64,000 bases of DNA from Vicugna vicugna (lineage: Eukaryota): the NCBI GenBank assembly GCA_013265495.1, contig MU059059.1:1-64000 (forward strand), read 5' to 3'. Under the pieces are notes generated by a model. The model did not search any database. It was not told where the DNA came from and saw only the letters and a program-made list of their open reading frames with translations. How positions within the stretch are numbered: position 1 is the stretch's first letter; every line of letters starts with the position of its first letter. This document shows, piece after piece, positions 60,790 through 64,000 of the stretch. The translations under genes were made by a program, and so were the position numbers.

Positions 60790-61160
60790 TATCAGTCAGC
60801 TTTCACTAAGTTACATCATGATAACAATCAACCTGCCACCAAAATCTCAGTGTTTACAACAGCAAAGGCTTACTTCTCACTCATTTTGGTTGCAGCCCTC
60901 TCCCCAAGTCATCTTCATTCCCGGACCCAAGCTGTAGGAGCAGCCCCTCTCTGGGCCATGCTGGGCCGTGGCACAGGGAAAAAGCAATGGTGGAACCAAG
61001 TGATGGTGCTTAAAGCTTCCGCCAGGATATGACGTTTCATCGGTCAAAGTGAATCATGTGACCCACCCTGAGTCACTTGCACATGACTTGGGGCAGGGAT
61101 GTATAATTCTATTGCAAGAATAGGGCAGTGAATACTCAGGAACAATAATGCAACCTACCA
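60790..61160 (-). mobile_element. MaLR LTR (old MLT1-type)
   Basis: ttatcagtcagctttcact...aaatctcagtgtttacaacagcaaaggcttacttctcactca...cggtcaaagtgaatcatgtgacc. Confidence 0.8.
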
Positions 61161-61234
61161 GAGTCAGGCCCCTGACTTAGTCCAAGAGGATTCCTTCTAA
61201 GGAAGGGAGAACATCCTTTGGCCAAAGGAGACAG

Positions 61235-61460
61235 TGTGAAGTGGTGAAAAGAAAAAGGCTTGGAATCAGACAGGTCTCAATTTTACCCTGGACTCAGCCA
61301 CATACTAGCTGTGTAATGTTGTCTAAGTTAGTAACTTCTCTAAATCTTCATTTCCTTCTTTGCAATGGTTATAATACACAGTTCACAGGAAAACTGCAAG
61401 GATTAAATGAGAGAGTGTATGTTAAGTCTTTAGCACATAGTAGGAATACAGTAATATAAA
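61235..61460 (+). mobile_element. MIR SINE
   Basis: ggctttggaatcagacagg...actagctgtgtaatgttgtctaagttagtaacttctctaaatcttcatttcc...ggattaaatgaga. Confidence 0.85.
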
Positions 61461-61569
61461 CTCCCTACTCTACCACCTACCCATATTTTGTATTTTATCC
61501 ATAACTCTGGAGGTAGTTATTACCAATACTCCTTCTACTGACCTCACAGGGTTGGGAACAAATGGAATG

Positions 61570-61790
61570 GAGAGAATTTACTGTGTACAGACTATGTGCC
61601 AGGCACTACACTATGCAGTTTACCTTCATGGTTTTATTTATTTTGTCCAATAACGCTGTGAGGTAGGTACTATTATTACCCTATTTTATAGATGAGGAAA
61701 ATAAGGGTCAGAGAGGTTAAGTAACTTGCCAAAGGTCATGCGGGACAGAATTAGAATTTGAAGCCATGCTTTAGATTCTGAAACCCCTGC
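61570..61790 (-). mobile_element. MIR SINE
   Basis: actatgtgccaggcact...attttatagatgaggaaaataagggtcagagaggttaagtaacttgccaaaggtca. Confidence 0.9.
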
Positions 61791-62769
61791 TCTGGAGCAA
61801 TGCTTCCCAAGACTGATTTGTTTGGTAGTGCTCTATGACAAGATAAGAAAAGAAACTGAGAGTAAGTTTGGAAACTTATGGCAGCTGGACATTGAAGTTC
61901 AAGTACGTGATTGATAGCCTGATGTTGTTGAACAGAATATGGACCAGTTTGGGTGATGCAGAAGTCTCTGGTAAGTTGCATGTGGTGGAGGCTGTTCTAG
62001 TCGTGCAAGTAGGACCACACAATTGTCCATGACTCAGAGGAAATGAAAATTGCTGGTTGTCACCACAGATGGTGTGAGCAGCACTCTCTGGAACACTGCA
62101 CTATGTGCTGGGGGACCTGCCCTGAGAGCTGTGGTCGACCAGGGAGATATTCGTGGTTAATCAAAATGATATCTTGTTTACACTGATGTATGAGGCCTGG
62201 GGGCAGAGTCTGTGTATTGCCCATGGCATCTGGTTTGTGCCTGGTATGCAGGACACACTCAGTACAAGTCTCCTGCTCCAGTGAATGAATGAATGATGTA
62301 TGAATGAATGATGTGTGAACGAATGAATACATTTCTGGCTGTAACAGGGCAACTTGATGGCCTTGGGCAGAGCCAAGAATTGGCAAAATTTCTCTTCCAG
62401 CTTTCCCACTGTCTGACTTCTAGTTCCCCTCTTCTCCTTGTTTTTCTCTCTGCCCAAGCTTTTAAATGCCTTCAGGGTGCTCTCTTGGCTGGGCCCCCAC
62501 CCTGTCCCACACGCCCTCCTTTTCCTGTGAGTGGTGCCCTACTCTGGGCCTCTCTCTGCCCCCTTTCCCAGCAACTTCCCAGTTCTGAGCCTCTTCCAGG
62601 GGGCCTCCCTCCAGCTGGCTGACCCCTGGGGAGGAGGGGTCCACCTCAACAGAGATAAAACAGAGATAACATAGAGCACACGCAACTGAGGATGATCTGT
62701 GTTGGTTCTGAGAAAATCAGCAAAGGTTTCTAAAAACGCTACACTTAATGCTGGTGTTGACACCAGTGA

Positions 62770-63265
62770 CCAGCATTAGCATACAATGCTGGTGAGGGCA
62801 TCACGTGGTACGTTTCTAGAAAGCAGTTTGGTGATCTGTATCAAGAATTTAAAAAATGTGTACCCTTTAACCAAAAATTAAGCTCTAGGCATTTATCTGA
62901 AACAATCAGGAAAGGAGCAAAATCTTTATGTACCGTGATATTTATCAGCATCATTTACACAGTAAAAAAGGAAATTCAACCTAAATAGAAATGATTAAAT
63001 ACATTATGACACAGGCATGGTAAAATATTATGCAGCCATTAAAGTTCTATTTTTGAATTTTTGAATGATTTGATAAAGTTATTAGCTATTATAAATGAAA
63101 AAAGGCTGGGTTTAAATTTTTTAAATAAAATCTAATAAAAATAAATGTGTATGTAAAAATATCATCATCTGTCTAGGTGATGGGATTTGAGTGGTTTTGT
63201 ACTTTTTGGTATTTTCAAAATTTTCTATAATGAGCACAGATTATTTTTATAATCAGAAAAAATAT
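62770..63265 (+). mobile_element. L1ME-type 3' fragment
   Basis: gaaagcagtttggtgatctgtatcaag...taaaatattatgcagccattaaa...tattttcaaaattttctataatgagcacagattatttttataatcagaaaaa. Confidence 0.8.
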
Positions 63266-63404
63266 ACAAAATATTGTTTAAAGTCTTTTCTGGTTTTGTA
63301 GACAGCCCTCCCTGGCCTGCATAGTTACTCCCTCACTGCAGTCCTGCTCTGATGCAGGATATTGCTGGGGGAAACGCCCCTGCATTTGCCAAGAGCAAGC
63401 TTTA

Positions 63405-63545
63405 CACTATTAGCCTGTGTTGTGGTCCTGGCTTTGCTACTAACTAGCTGTGGGACCATGGACAAGTCATTTTATTTACCTGGGCTTTGGGCGTCCTCAT
63501 TTATAAAATGAAGTGTCTGGATTAGATGATTCTGTGGCTCTGATA
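63405..63545 (+). mobile_element. MIR SINE fragment
   Basis: ggtcctggctttgctactaactagctgtgggaccatggacaagtcattt...cctcatttataaaatga. Confidence 0.75.
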
Positions 63546-64000
63546 AACTCAGAGTCAAGGAATTCATTGTAAATAAGGTTCCATGATTTATCCTTCCCCA
63601 CTGTAAGTATCTTAAACCAGGGATTCTTAGAATAGCTAAAAGAGTGACTCTCTAATGGTAGAATTTCACATCAGGCTATGAATCATCTATACCCAAACAC
63701 TGACCTTATAACTGTTGACAGCTTGCACATCCTAGACTTTAGCTGGCCCTTTTGAGAGAGTCAGGGTCCCTCCCACATCAGCCTCTGGCCCTAAGAGGGA
63801 TAGGAAATGTGTCTGCCTGGAAAAGCAAGACAAATTTCTTGGTCCTGAGTTTCCTTCCCTTCCCTGCTCCCTTCCCCCAATCTCAGCTATTCACTACTGT
63901 CTGTCTGCTTCCTGTCTCCATCCTCTTCCCTGTGGTTGAGTCGAGCTTATGTCACTTTGGTTCCCTGGTAGGCTGGTGGCACCACAGCCAGGGGAGGAGG

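Noticed and set aside
61235-61790. Adjacent opposite-orientation MIR pair as a potential dsRNA hairpin
   Set aside because: The copies are too diverged for stable pairing and such pairs are common.

Overview
Mammalian genomic DNA, most likely a camelid (alpaca/vicuna/llama/camel), inferred from four tRNA-Ala(AGC)-derived SINEs of the camelid vic-1 type. There is one supportable protein-coding gene, TMEM229B (+ strand, single coding exon, CDS 31132-31635, 167 aa, middle 188 nt are N). It has a tandem CAGCAG acceptor, a probable non-coding upstream exon near 19.4-19.5 kb and a roughly 3.2 kb 3'UTR. The rest is intron or intergenic DNA dense in ancient MIR, L2, L1M, MaLR and MER relics. From recalled human synteny, PLEK2 should lie beyond the right edge; no PLEK2 coding sequence was found in the window. 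All other ORFs in the track look like chance ORFs. I found no evidence of a new gene system. The most interesting unexplained structure is regulatory: (i) a GATA1::TAL1 + NF-E2 + E-box module at 60.4 kb next to a perfect 23-bp tandem duplication of a GATA site, (ii) a near-consensus CTCF site overlapping a 14-bp palindrome at 54.5 kb, (iii) an orphan CpG island at about 59 kb with a GGACT/GGACS pentamer array, and (iv) a uORF in the putative TMEM229B 5'UTR exon. Repeat family names were assigned by eye from remembered consensus sequences. Their boundaries are approximate (plus or minus 20-50 bp) unless target-site duplications (TSDs) or terminal inverted repeats (TIRs) are quoted.
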